Assembly: GCA_016187835.1 (NCBI GenBank)
Contig: JACPIY010000028.1
Location: 33,455-97,454 of the forward strand
From: Deltaproteobacteria bacterium
GTDB lineage: Bacteria; Desulfobacterota_D; UBA1144; Nemesobacterales; CSP1-2
Direction: 5' to 3'
Length of the DNA: 64,000 nt
Numbering within the stretch: the stretch's first letter is position 1; each line of letters begins with the position of its first letter. Positions 18,742 to 28,864 of the stretch are shown here, in pieces. Made by a program: the position numbers and the translations under genes. The notes under the pieces were generated by a model. That model worked only from the letters and a program-made list of their open reading frames with translations. It was not told where the DNA came from and did no database searches.

Positions 18742-19179
18742 ATGGTGAGGGAAGAATTAGAAAAGGTCTGGGAAAAACATACCACCGCAGAGTTTCTGAA
18801 AAGAGATTTGGAGGCAACCATGGCGACGATGGTGGATGAACCTTACATTAAAATAATACCAATCAATGTCGGTGGAAGTGGTAAAGATGGAGTGCGTGCG
18901 TTCTACAGTGACGTTATGATTCCGTCGATTCCCGATGACCTTCAGGCAAGGATCATAAATCGCATTATTGGCGATAGGCATTTAGTAGATGAAATATACT
19001 TTACTTTCACTCACAACAAGCAGATGGATTGGTTCCTACCAGGCATACCCTCCACAAACAAGAGGATAGAACTTGAACACGTGGTAGTAGTGGAGTTTCG
19101 CGGTGACAAAATCGCAGGTGAGCGCGTTTACTGGGACCACGCAACGGTGTTGCGGCAAGTGGGGCTGTTGAAAGATTAA
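18742..19179 (+). CDS. NTF2-like / SnoaL-like small protein
   Basis: Size and pattern (…EFLKRDLEATMATMVDEPYIKIIP…ERVYWDHATVLRQVGLL) are consistent with the SnoaL/limonene-epoxide-hydrolase-like fold. This is a weak call. Confidence 0.4.
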   Translation: MVREELEKVWEKHTTAEFLKRDLEATMATMVDEPYIKIIPINVGGSGKDGVRAFYSDVMIPSIPDDLQARIINRIIGDRHLVDEIYFTFTHNKQMDWFLPGIPSTNKRIELEHVVVVEFRGDKIAGERVYWDHATVLRQVGLLKD

Positions 19180-19264
19180 GAATAGGAGTGGCTATTTTTT
19201 TTAACTTCTGCCGCGAGAACTATATTTGGCGCCACCTGACAAAAAGTAGTCAAGAGGTGATTTA

Positions 19265-19843
19265 GTGAATTTTGAAGAAAATTTTACAAGGAGTAAGATT
19301 ACTCGCCGAGATATGCTTGCCAAGATGGGTACTGGTTTGGTGGCCATCACGGTTAGCAGTGTTTGGGGGCAAATTAGTCCTTCACAAGCTCGGGCCAAAG
19401 GTGTAGCGCTGCGTAACCTTACCACTGTTGAAGGCCGTACGCTGGAGGCTCTCGGAGACATTTTGCTGCCTGGTGCCAGCGAAGCTGGTATTGCGCACTA
19501 TGTAGATGACCAGTTGAGTCGCGAAAATCCACTATTTGTCCTGAAATACATGGATTATGTTGGTTCCTATACCGAATTTTATAAACAGGGTTTGCAATCG
19601 CTGGAACGCCAAAGCCTCGCCAACCATGGTCAGCCTTTCGATACGAGTACTCTCGAGCAAAAGGTCGCGCTAGTGCGCGAGATTTCACAGAAAAACCCGG
19701 ATGGCTGGAGCGGACCACCTGCGCCTTTGTTTTATTTTGTCACCCGCAACGACGCTGTAGATGTTTACTATGGCACGACGCGGGGCTTTGAGAAGCTTGC
19801 GATTCCCTATATGGCCCATATTATACCGCCGCAAAAGTGGTGA
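19265..19843 (+). CDS. Gluconate 2-dehydrogenase subunit 3-like small subunit with a Tat signal
   Basis: A twin-arginine motif (TRRDMLAKMGTGLVAITVSS) precedes a domain typical of the small subunits that pair with GMC flavoproteins. Confidence 0.55.
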   Translation: MNFEENFTRSKITRRDMLAKMGTGLVAITVSSVWGQISPSQARAKGVALRNLTTVEGRTLEALGDILLPGASEAGIAHYVDDQLSRENPLFVLKYMDYVGSYTEFYKQGLQSLERQSLANHGQPFDTSTLEQKVALVREISQKNPDGWSGPPAPLFYFVTRNDAVDVYYGTTRGFEKLAIPYMAHIIPPQKW

Positions 19844-21410
19844 TAGATATAATGGATAAAGTTGATGTTGTGATTGTAGGGTCAGGAGCTTCGGGAAGCT
19901 TACTCGCAGCCAAATTGTCTCAAGCTGGCAAAAAAGTGTTGATTCTGGAGGCAGGTCCTGAGCTCAAAATGAGTTATCTTTACAGCTCACAGATCTGGGC
20001 GCGCCGCCTTAAGTGGGGTGGTCCAGCCACCGAAACAGGTGGGAAAGACCCCATTTCCGTAGCATTCAACCAGGGTTGGGGGAGTGGTGGAGTTGCAATG
20101 CACCACTACGCAGTGTGGTTGAGACTGTACATAGAAGACTTTGAGATGAAAAGTCGGTTCGGCCGGGGCTTGAAATGGCCTATTTCATACGAAGAGTTGC
20201 GTCCATTTTACGACCAAATTCAGAGAGAAGTCGGTATTTCGGGAGACGCTAAAGAAGAGGTGTGGAGACCAGTGGGCGAGCCTTACCCTATGCCCCCACT
20301 TCAGATTTTCAATCAGGGTAGGATTATTGAGGGGGGATTTAAAAAACTGGGTTTGCGCACTTCGTCACTTCCGGTGGCCATTAACTCGATAGAGTATAAC
20401 GGTCGCCCTGCTTGTATTTATGACGGCTGGTGTGATGCGGGCTGACCGATTTACGCCCTTGCAAACCCTCTGGCCGTTTACTTGCCACAGGCGCAAAAAG
20501 CGGGGAGTAAGATTGCACACGACATTTATGTTACTCGCATATTGGTTAAAGCTAAAGGTGATCGAGCAACCGGAGTTGAGTATTACGACGCCAAAGGTCA
20601 GCGTCAAGTTCAGGAGGCGAGCATAGTTATTTTGGCGGCGTTCACAGTGCAGAACCCTAGAATTCTGCTCAACTCTTTCACTACCAAGCATACCAATGGG
20701 CTTGCCAACTCAAGCCGATTACTCGGTAAGTACATGATGGCACACACTGCAGCCAACGTGTTTGGTCTTTTTAAAGAAGAAACTCAGAACTTCCTAGGTG
20801 TGACCGGCGGACAACTCTTGTCGCAAGACAATTATGCCAAGGACCCGCGCAAGGGCTATCTTGGCAGTTCACAGTGGGTACTCGCTAACGCTCTCAAACC
20901 CAACGACTTATTGGGTGTCGCCAACGCTCGTCCCGACCTGTTTGGTGACTCACTGCACAAATTTCTTGAAACCGCCAGTAAGCATCTTGCCACTATGAGT
21001 TTTTTGGCGAGAACTTGCCGAGTTTAGACAGTCAGTTGGTTATGAGCAATTATAAAGACAAGTACGGTCTACCATTGGCGCGCGTGATCCACGACTACGG
21101 TCCAGATGACATCAAATGTTTTGAGGTAGGTATGAAACAAGGACAAGAAATTTTCAAAGCGGCAGGAGCTTACGATGTTTGGGTCAGCGGGCGAGCCAAC
21201 GCGCACATGATGGGAGGCACGATCATGGGCCGCAGTGCTCTGACTTCGGTAACAAATAGCCACGGACAAACCCAAGATATTATCAACCTGTTCATAGCAG
21301 GGCCAGGCCTTTTCCCCACGGGAGGTGCTGTGAATCCGACCTTTACAATTCATGCGCTAACACTGCGGTCAGCCAAATATATACTTGACAACTGGTCAGC
21401 TCTGACTTAA
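19837..21410 (+). pseudogene. GMC-family FAD flavoprotein (gluconate 2-dehydrogenase large-subunit-like), disrupted by an in-frame TGA at 20443-20445 and a frameshift in a T6 run near 21005
   Basis: N-terminal DVVIVGSGASG dinucleotide fold. GWCDAG-TGA-PIYALANP sits where the GMC motif has GC-P. The pieces MSFLAR / GENLPSLDS are separated by a one-base shift in agttttttgg. The C-terminus GPGLFPTGGAVNPTFTIHAL is the GMC C-terminal motif. Confidence 0.65.
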
Positions 21411-21439
21411 AAATTGATCAGTCTTACAGATTTCAGTTG

Positions 21440-21570
21440 TCCGGGAAATGAGGGGGCTAAGCGTGGAGCAAATACTTTGGTTAAGACTCGTCATTTTAAA
21501 GTTAAACAAAAGATAGAATCAATTGCTGGGAGTCTACACTTTTCTAGCGAACTGCTTCTACTTGCTTGGA
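21440..21570. repeat. Right copy of the direct repeat flanking the GC-rich segment
   Basis: See 18507-18628. Confidence 0.5.
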
Positions 21571-21637
21571 GTTTCTAGCATCAATGGAATCCCAAGTAAG
21601 AGAATGGTAAAATGACCATCCAACTAATGGGTATGAT

Positions 21638-21961
21638 ATGACCACACCAAAAGAGATATTTGCTAAGCTCGAACGCAAAATCTTGGAAAGAGCCGGCGAG
21701 TTTTCTCAAATAGGCGGAATCTATAAATTTGTATTGAACGGAGTTGATGGCGGCACCTGGGTGGTGGATTTAAGGAAGGATTCTTTTGGTGTAAGAGAAA
21801 GCGACGAAGAAGCTCAGTGCAAAGTTACGATTTCATCTCAAGATTTTGTTCAAATAGCCACGGGAAAGCTAAAAGCTGATTCGGCATTCATGAGAGGGAA
21901 ATTAAAACTTATTGGAGACCTGGGTCTTGCGATGAAACTCGGGAAGCTTTTTGTAAAATAA
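21638..21961 (+). CDS. SCP2 sterol-carrier-like domain protein
   Basis: FMRGKLKLIGDLGLAMKL is the SCP-2 C-terminal motif. Confidence 0.75.
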   Translation: MTTPKEIFAKLERKILERAGEFSQIGGIYKFVLNGVDGGTWVVDLRKDSFGVRESDEEAQCKVTISSQDFVQIATGKLKADSAFMRGKLKLIGDLGLAMKLGKLFVK

Positions 21962-21983
21962 GCCAATATTTAGCCACAGATTT

Positions 21984-22023
21984 ACCCCGTGAGATAAATT
22001 AAAGCTACTAGATCTCACGGGGT
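21984..22023 (+). terminator. Hairpin accccgtgagat-N16-atctcacggggt directly after the SCP2 gene, with no U-tract. It is a member of the CCCCRTGAGATA hairpin family.
   Basis: 12-bp stem verified. The same arms recur at 46323-46352, 58008-58040 (inverted) and 60998-61026. Confidence 0.35.
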
Positions 22024-22294
22024 GAACAAGAATCAACATCAGTTCGATATAACTTTTCAAGAGCGGGAAATTAATTATGCAGCGGGATTAGAAAATCCCG
22101 CCTAGCTATATTTAGGATCCTGGATAGGTGGGACATTTCCTTCGATAAACTCAGGACAGGCCTGTTCTCCTATTACCAAATTAATATTAAAAAAACCAAT
22201 AGCACTCCAAGAGAAAGTGGAATCCTGAAGGATTCCGCCACAATAAAGCTCTTCCGTCGAACTCACGTTTATCCACTATTCAAAGAACTATTTG

Positions 22295-22618
22295 TCAAAA
22301 GCGTTTTAGAATTGAGAAGGTCTTCCAGAGGCAACTTTTAATTTTTAAAATACTGAACCTCTTGCCCACCTTTGGGTCTTTATAACAACTGAGTCCACCA
22401 TTCAGGTTATAAAGCCGTTTGAAGCCAATTTGACTTAGGAAAAAGCAGGCTTTTTGGCTACGCACTCCACGCTCGCAGACGACCAAAGTCTCACGAGATG
22501 GGTCAAGTTCAGCATATCTTTTTTCCAATTCTTGTATGGGTATCAGCATTGAATCCGGTATGTGGTGAGACTCATATTCCCTGGAAGTTCTTACATCTAC
22601 GACCTGAAACTTGCCCAT
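22295..22618 (-). CDS. Single-domain rhodanese-like sulfurtransferase. The N-terminus probably continues to a GTG at 22724 across a frameshift in a G5A5C4 homopolymer stretch.
   Basis: VVDVRTSREYESHHIPDSMLIP...LVVCERGVRSQKA is a rhodanese domain. The upstream in-frame peptide ISLNSEEAISGIL matches the usual rhodanese N-terminus but lacks a start codon. A GTG with ggaggc lies in the adjacent frame. Confidence 0.6.
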   Translation of the reverse strand: MGKFQVVDVRTSREYESHHIPDSMLIPIQELEKRYAELDPSRETLVVCERGVRSQKACFFLSQIGFKRLYNLNGGLSCYKDPKVGKRFSILKIKSCLWKTFSILKRF

Positions 22619-23032
22619 AAGTATCCCTGATATAGCTTCTTCACTATTTAATGAGATAAACGGAACCGGGGTTTTTCCCCCGCTTGTGCTTTAGTGCTCC
22701 AATAATCTCTCCCAGCAAACTCACTGTTATGCCTCCATGATGTATAGAACAGCCTCAATAGAAGAAATTGTGGATCAAATTTGCCGAAAAGTCATTAGAG
22801 AATCGTAAATCAAACTCAACCAACCTTTTTCAGCATACTTCAATTTTTTCCAACAAGAATTTTTGTCACTTTCCATCTAAGTATAAAACATCTTGTGTTA
22901 TTCTATTTCGCTCGTTATTTGAATTTGTTTAACTTAATTTCCGTTTTTCATGTTAACATTAGAGTCCGTATTAAAGCTTTATAGTTTTAACACCCTCACG
23001 ATTTCATTCAGGTTATGGGAGGTTAATTCCCA

Positions 23033-24577
23033 ATGTTAGATCGAATCAATGTTGATTTAATAGAGCAGATAAAGGAGAAGATTTTCAGTATCGTTTTAGA
23101 CTCTCAAAAAATCCTCAACAACTGTCACTACATAGATTTGAGGATAGGAGTAAGTGAGTCCAAATATGCCGTAGCCCAAAAAGGTGCTCCGAAAGAGGGC
23201 AGGGAAGAAGCGCAGATGTCTTTTAGTCTAAAGACGGTAGCGGGAGATCGCTTAAGAGCTTCCGGATACTTCGCCTCTTATCTTGGTGCGTCCGATCTAA
23301 AAAGGCTGGAAGTTGTTATAAAGGAAGGTATTGAACATGCTTACAGGCGTGCGCTGGCAAATGCTTCACTAAAGCTAAAGATGAAAGATATTCTGGGGGA
23401 ACTTGGAGAGTCAATATCGAGCACTAATCTTTCTCCAATTGAAATTTATAAAGATACTGTTGCTTTCCCCATTAAAGAAGACTCAAGAGGTATTTCACTT
23501 GAGAGCATAGTCAAAGAGGCGGTTGGCATATCTGATTCGGTTGAAAAACTCTATGAGTCCAATGGCTACAATGTGATTTCCATCTATACAACTATTGCTA
23601 GAGAGCTTTTTGCATCGTCAGAAGGAGCTCTAATTGATCAAACATACCCTCTTACGGAGGGCTTTGCTTATGTTCTTGTCGGAGACGAGCCGAACTATGA
23701 CCATTTGGGTGGAAGGTGCGGATGGGAAGCAATTCATGGAGAAAATCACTTTAATAAAACCTTTCATGATTTTGCTTTGGATCTAGCAAGAGAAACCATA
23801 GAACTTTCTAAAGCTGAAGTGCTTCCTTCCACCGATAAGGAGGTAGTGGTCGTTACAAACCCTCACTATAACGCCCTTCTCGTCCACGAAATCATAGGTC
23901 ATCCGGCCGAAGCGGATAGAGCGCTCAAAACAGAGACTGCCTACGCTGGAAGAAGCTGGTTATTCAGGGGATTTGATAAGAACCAGATCGGGAAAAAAGT
24001 AGCGTCTGATTTGGTAACCGCTTATTCAGATACTTCCCTCCCAGGTTATGGAAATTATAAGTACGACGCTGAGGGAGTAAGAGGGAAAAAAGTAGTTCAT
24101 ATTGATAAGGGCTTATTTCGGGGATTTTTAAACAGTCGTGAAACTGCGACAATTCTCGGCGAGGAGCCAAACGGTGCTATGCAGGCACCCTATACCTATT
24201 TTATTCCGCTCGTAAGGATGACAAACACGGTGTTTGCTCCCGGGGAGAGAAATCCTGAGGGAATAATCAAAGAGGTGGATGACGGATATTATCTCGTGGG
24301 TCACCATACACCTTCAATCGGAGAATCACGAGAGAATTTTAGTATATCGGCACGTCGCGTTCATAAAATAAAAAACGGCGAGCTTGTAAAGCTCTATAGA
24401 AGCGGAGGAATGACTTCAGATTCAAGGGATTATTTGATGAACGTTGATGCTGTGGGGAATGATTTTCGATTGTTTCCCATGCCAAACTGCGGAAAGGGGA
24501 TACCCATGCAGGCGCTTCGGGTGGGAAACGGAGGGCCAACTATGCGTAGCAAGGCAAGGCTTAGGGGTGGGAAGTAG
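23033..24577 (+). CDS. tldD: TldD-family metallopeptidase
   Basis: LLVHEIIGHPAEADR is the HExxxH motif. Overall length and C-terminal region are TldD-like. Confidence 0.8.
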   Translation: MLDRINVDLIEQIKEKIFSIVLDSQKILNNCHYIDLRIGVSESKYAVAQKGAPKEGREEAQMSFSLKTVAGDRLRASGYFASYLGASDLKRLEVVIKEGIEHAYRRALANASLKLKMKDILGELGESISSTNLSPIEIYKDTVAFPIKEDSRGISLESIVKEAVGISDSVEKLYESNGYNVISIYTTIARELFASSEGALIDQTYPLTEGFAYVLVGDEPNYDHLGGRCGWEAIHGENHFNKTFHDFALDLARETIELSKAEVLPSTDKEVVVVTNPHYNALLVHEIIGHPAEADRALKTETAYAGRSWLFRGFDKNQIGKKVASDLVTAYSDTSLPGYGNYKYDAEGVRGKKVVHIDKGLFRGFLNSRETATILGEEPNGAMQAPYTYFIPLVRMTNTVFAPGERNPEGIIKEVDDGYYLVGHHTPSIGESRENFSISARRVHKIKNGELVKLYRSGGMTSDSRDYLMNVDAVGNDFRLFPMPNCGKGIPMQALRVGNGGPTMRSKARLRGGK

Positions 24578-24764
24578 GGTTTTATAATTTAGCCACGAAT
24601 TGACACGAATGAACGGAATCACACAAGTAAAACGATGCACGATTCATGATACAGGATACAAGATGCACGTTAAATATTTATAAATCATGCATCATGTATC
24701 GTAAATCCTGCATCTTGTTTGTTTCATTCGTGGCCACATTTAAAGCTTACAAACTGGAGAGACT

Positions 24765-26243
24765 TTGATGATTACCATAGAAGACCTAAGAAAATGCGTA
24801 AAAGACGGGATTCAATTTGTTGAATCTCAAAATGATATTAGAGAAGCTGAGATATTCGCTTCCTGGAACGACAACGTGACGGTTAGAATCAATTACACAT
24901 CCGATATTCCGTGTAATGGTGTCCATGAGCCAAAAAACATCGTCGGGTATGGAGTTGGCATTGTAGCTGTGTTTGACACACCTGAGGGTTTCAAAATAGG
25001 CTCAGGAAGCGATACTGGAGACTTGAGCCCTGAGGGAATAAAGAGGGCCTTTGAGAAAGCCAGACAAAATTCGGTGAGCGACCCTAATTTTAAATCCCTC
25101 CCCCCTCCACCCGATGAAACACCCAAGCTTATTTCATATCATGACATGAACGTGATGAATTTAATGGATGAAGACATGGTCTCTCTTGGCTGGAGTGCTT
25201 TAAAGGGCGCTCTGTTGACATTTAAAGACGCGGGTTTTCTAAAGAGCCTGATTGTGGGAGGCGATGTTACGATTCTAAAAGAGAGAATGGCGATAGCAAG
25301 CACTCTAGGGATTGATGAATATGATGAGTCCTCCGCTCTCTTTGCATCCATTACTTCAATGATTGAGGAAAAGGATGCAAAAGGCACTGGGTGGACTACT
25401 GCGACTCATCTTGACAAGTTCAAACCGGAAGAAGCTGGAGCGATGGCGGCGATAAGCGCGATAAGCACTATTGAAGGGACGAGGATAAGATCGGGAAGCT
25501 ACAACGTGGTTTTTGGAAGGCAAGCCGTCGCCATGCTTTTCTCGGAGATGATAATTTCAGCATTATCCCTTAACTCAATAGATTCGGGTAACTCTCCCTT
25601 CGTCGGGAAGTTAGGGGAAAAGGTCGCTTCCGACATTGTTTCTATATATGATGACGGGGCAAGACTCTGGGAAGTCGGGAGCAAAAAAATTACCTGTGAG
25701 GGAATTCCTACGGGAAGGACAGATTTAATAGAAGAGGGAAGACTGGTTGGATTTCTTTCCAACAACTACTATGCGAAAAAGCTAGAGAGCAACGTTGCCA
25801 AATTTACACCGAGAAACGGGTTTAGGTTTGGAGATTTGGGAAGGGATTTTAGGCAAAACAATTCTATTTTTGCTACGAATCTTGTGATAGAAGGAACGAG
25901 GGAATTGGACTCCGGAAAGCTGATTTCCCATGTAAAGGATGGAATCTACATTGGAAGACTCTGGTATCTCTATCCGGTTCACGGACTGGTAAAGGCGGAC
26001 TTTACTGGGACCGTGATTGGCGATTCGTATATAATCAGAAACGGAAGATTGGAAGAGCCGCTCAAACCCAATACCGTGAGAATCAGCGATAACTTTGTAA
26101 ATCTCCTCCAAAACATCACGGGAATATCAGAAGAGAAAAGAACTACGATGATCTGGGATTCCAAAGAGGTTGTGATTGCCCCTGAGATTGCTGTTAAAGG
26201 AATGAGTCTCGAAAACGTTGCTGAGTTTGTGGAGGAGTTGTAG
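24765..26243 (+). CDS. pmbA: PmbA/TldE-family protein, partner of TldD
   Basis: TldE/PmbA family features (…GDSYIIRNGRLEEPLKPNTVRISDNFVNLLQNI…). It has no HExxH. It lies immediately downstream of tldD. Confidence 0.7.
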   Translation: MMITIEDLRKCVKDGIQFVESQNDIREAEIFASWNDNVTVRINYTSDIPCNGVHEPKNIVGYGVGIVAVFDTPEGFKIGSGSDTGDLSPEGIKRAFEKARQNSVSDPNFKSLPPPPDETPKLISYHDMNVMNLMDEDMVSLGWSALKGALLTFKDAGFLKSLIVGGDVTILKERMAIASTLGIDEYDESSALFASITSMIEEKDAKGTGWTTATHLDKFKPEEAGAMAAISAISTIEGTRIRSGSYNVVFGRQAVAMLFSEMIISALSLNSIDSGNSPFVGKLGEKVASDIVSIYDDGARLWEVGSKKITCEGIPTGRTDLIEEGRLVGFLSNNYYAKKLESNVAKFTPRNGFRFGDLGRDFRQNNSIFATNLVIEGTRELDSGKLISHVKDGIYIGRLWYLYPVHGLVKADFTGTVIGDSYIIRNGRLEEPLKPNTVRISDNFVNLLQNITGISEEKRTTMIWDSKEVVIAPEIAVKGMSLENVAEFVEEL

Positions 26244-26295
26244 ATGCAGATTGTTATTGGCTTTTAGTGAGAGTATTCTAGAATAATCCCTGTAT

Positions 26296-28848
26296 ATGAA
26301 GCCATATAAAGGTAAGCTTCTCTTATCAGCACTTCTTATAGCAACACTCACGTGTTTCCTCACGTCAAACTCCTATGCCCAATTAGAATCAAAGGAAAGA
26401 GGATGGAAGGGGCCATTATGTAAAAGACCAACATGCAAAAACGAGTTATTAAAAGAATTAAAAAAAGTTCAAGGAGACAGATATCAAACAGTTGAAGGTT
26501 ATATTATACAAGGCGATGACATTATTGCTATTATAAAAGAATCCAATATTGATATTAAAATCTATAACTCAATTATAAAGGGCGGGTTGGATTTTTCTAA
26601 GATACCAGAAGTCAATGGCAAACGTGAGGTAAATAATAAGATTGTGATATTGGATTCTGAAATTGGCTCTCGGCTTGAATTTTATTTTGCAGAAGAACTT
26701 CAAGAGGTTACTATTTTGCTGAGGTTAAGGGAAGAATCCATTCTTGCACAGCAAACCCATTTTAATAGAGATATCTTTTTCAGTTTGAAAACCACTTTCA
26801 ACGGTGATGTAGATTTTGCAGGCGCAACATTCAACCGAAATGCAATCTTCTCAAATACCACATTCAGTGGATATACAGGCTTTTCTGGAGTCACATTCGT
26901 TGGTAAGGCGTATTTTTCATATGCCAAATTCAATCGAGATACAAGCTTCGTTCGAGCCACCTTCGACAAGGAAGCAAATTTTGGACTAACTGTTTTCAAT
27001 GGTGAGGCAGACTTTCCGAATTCTACTTTCAAGCAAGGGGTAAACTTTGATAGAGCTGAGTTCAATGGTTATACGAACTTCTCAGGAGTAACCTTCAGCG
27101 GAGAAACAATATTTTGGAATACTAGCTTCACCAAAGTAGCAGATTTCAGAGATTGTAGTTTCAGTGGAATTGCAACGTTCTTGAGTACAAACTTTATTGA
27201 TGTGGCAGACTTCTCAAATACCACTTTCAGCAGAAATGCAAACTTTCAAGAAGCCGTATTCGAAAAGGCAGCATATTTTAGAAAAGCAACATTTTATGGT
27301 CTCTTATCCTTTGCAAATTCTTCATTCAAAGGATACGTTGGCCTGAGAGACACTACAATCAAAACAATTTACTGGATAAATTTCTCCTCAAGCTCGTCTG
27401 TTTTTGGCTTGATTGATATTTTAGGCCGGGTTGAACTAAGGGATGCTCAAGTTACAGAAGCATATTTTGAAGATATCTTCTTCAAAGATGATGTAGATTT
27501 TTCTGACACAGAGTTTGGTAGCCCTTTTCTGCTGTTTGATCAAAGTGATGTTCTTAATTGGCAAAAGCTTTTTAATAAGTTAAAAGAAAATAAAATTTCA
27601 GAAAAAAACACTTTAGCTAACCAAATAAATGAGAAGCTAGATCAGACACTTGAACGCCATGGAATTAACCTTAGTAAGGTTAAAGAGTTCGACGATAGCC
27701 TTAAAATAAAATTTATTGTTGCTTTGAATTCAATTCTCGAAAACACAGATTTATCTTATGAAGAATTTTCTGAACAGCTAGATAAAGAAAATCAGATAGC
27801 AAAAAAACTTCTGAAGAAAGATAGAGATAAACTTACTCGAATCGAAACAACTCTTTTAAATAGATTTCTAATTGAGTCTCTCTACCCAGACATTATCGCA
27901 AGTAAAACGCGGGAAATACAAGACGATGACTTTGCAACTGTTTTCAGATTTGTTACTTTTGGCTCTGATGTAAGTTTTGTCAGGACAAAATTTTATAGCA
28001 ATACTGCCTTTGAAAGCCTTACTTTTAAAAAAGAGACCAACTTTACAAGTGCTGAATTTAAGAAAAGCATATTCAGCATTAATGAACCAATATTTTCTCT
28101 TTCATACCTGAATTTTAGAAATTTAATTATTAATTTCGAACAGCTTCCCAAACTTGAAAACTGGGTACGTGATTCAAAGCATCGCATAAAAGGGCGGGCA
28201 GATAGGTGGAATAAGTCTAACAATTTGGGGAAGCCCCTCCAACCTGTTTCACAAGTGTTAGCAGAACTGGAGTCAACCTTTCTCAAGGAGAACAAGCTAA
28301 GTGACATGAACGAGGCTCATTATCATATGAAAATTGCTGAACTGGACGAAAAGATAGTAGATTGTAAGAACACGAATAGGGACTTTATACAATGTCTCAT
28401 CACCACTGAAGAAGGGAGAGAGTGGCTTAAATGGGGTTGGAGCAGTGGATATGGCGTGAAATTATGGCGGGTTGTCAAATGGTATATCGGTGTTTGGGTT
28501 TTTTTCGCTTTTATTTATTATGCACTTAGGGAGGATCTTGAAACAAAGAAAAATAAAGACACAAAGCCTGATTCTGAATTCAGGTCGAGGCTGCACAACT
28601 TTCCCTGGCACTTCTTAAAATCTGAGGGCATCAAAAACAAAAAAGTATTGGATTTCTTTACTGCTCTAAGATTCAGTAAAGTGCTACTTTTTAAGATTGG
28701 ACGGAGAGACACAGTGGCTTCAGGCAAACTAGTAATGACTATGGTATGGTTTGAGTGGATACTCGGATACTATTTGCTTTTGGTTTTTATAATCACCCTT
28801 ACAAACACTGTTCCTATCCTTAATAGTATTTTGAGTAGCGTATTCTAA
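26296..28848 (+). CDS. Large (850 aa) secreted pentapeptide-repeat protein with a central coiled-coil and two C-terminal TM helices
   Basis: Signal peptide. About 60 consecutive A(D/N)FxG-type pentapeptide repeats (ATFNRNAIFSNTTFSGYTGFSGVTF...). C-terminal hydrophobic helices WYIGVWVFFAFIYYAL and WILGYYLLLVFIITL. Confidence 0.75.
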   Translation: MKPYKGKLLLSALLIATLTCFLTSNSYAQLESKERGWKGPLCKRPTCKNELLKELKKVQGDRYQTVEGYIIQGDDIIAIIKESNIDIKIYNSIIKGGLDFSKIPEVNGKREVNNKIVILDSEIGSRLEFYFAEELQEVTILLRLREESILAQQTHFNRDIFFSLKTTFNGDVDFAGATFNRNAIFSNTTFSGYTGFSGVTFVGKAYFSYAKFNRDTSFVRATFDKEANFGLTVFNGEADFPNSTFKQGVNFDRAEFNGYTNFSGVTFSGETIFWNTSFTKVADFRDCSFSGIATFLSTNFIDVADFSNTTFSRNANFQEAVFEKAAYFRKATFYGLLSFANSSFKGYVGLRDTTIKTIYWINFSSSSSVFGLIDILGRVELRDAQVTEAYFEDIFFKDDVDFSDTEFGSPFLLFDQSDVLNWQKLFNKLKENKISEKNTLANQINEKLDQTLERHGINLSKVKEFDDSLKIKFIVALNSILENTDLSYEEFSEQLDKENQIAKKLLKKDRDKLTRIETTLLNRFLIESLYPDIIASKTREIQDDDFATVFRFVTFGSDVSFVRTKFYSNTAFESLTFKKETNFTSAEFKKSIFSINEPIFSLSYLNFRNLIINFEQLPKLENWVRDSKHRIKGRADRWNKSNNLGKPLQPVSQVLAELESTFLKENKLSDMNEAHYHMKIAELDEKIVDCKNTNRDFIQCLITTEEGREWLKWGWSSGYGVKLWRVVKWYIGVWVFFAFIYYALREDLETKKNKDTKPDSEFRSRLHNFPWHFLKSEGIKNKKVLDFFTALRFSKVLLFKIGRRDTVASGKLVMTMVWFEWILGYYLLLVFIITLTNTVPILNSILSSVF

Positions 28849-28864
28849 TGCTGAGGGATCAACA

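Noticed and set aside
20443-20445. Alternative genetic code (TGA as Gly or Trp)
   Set aside because: Dozens of long intact ORFs (UvrA, Acs, ABC-F, Cdc48-like, the pentapeptide protein) terminate at TGA, TAA or TAG and have no internal stops. The window is therefore consistent with the standard code.
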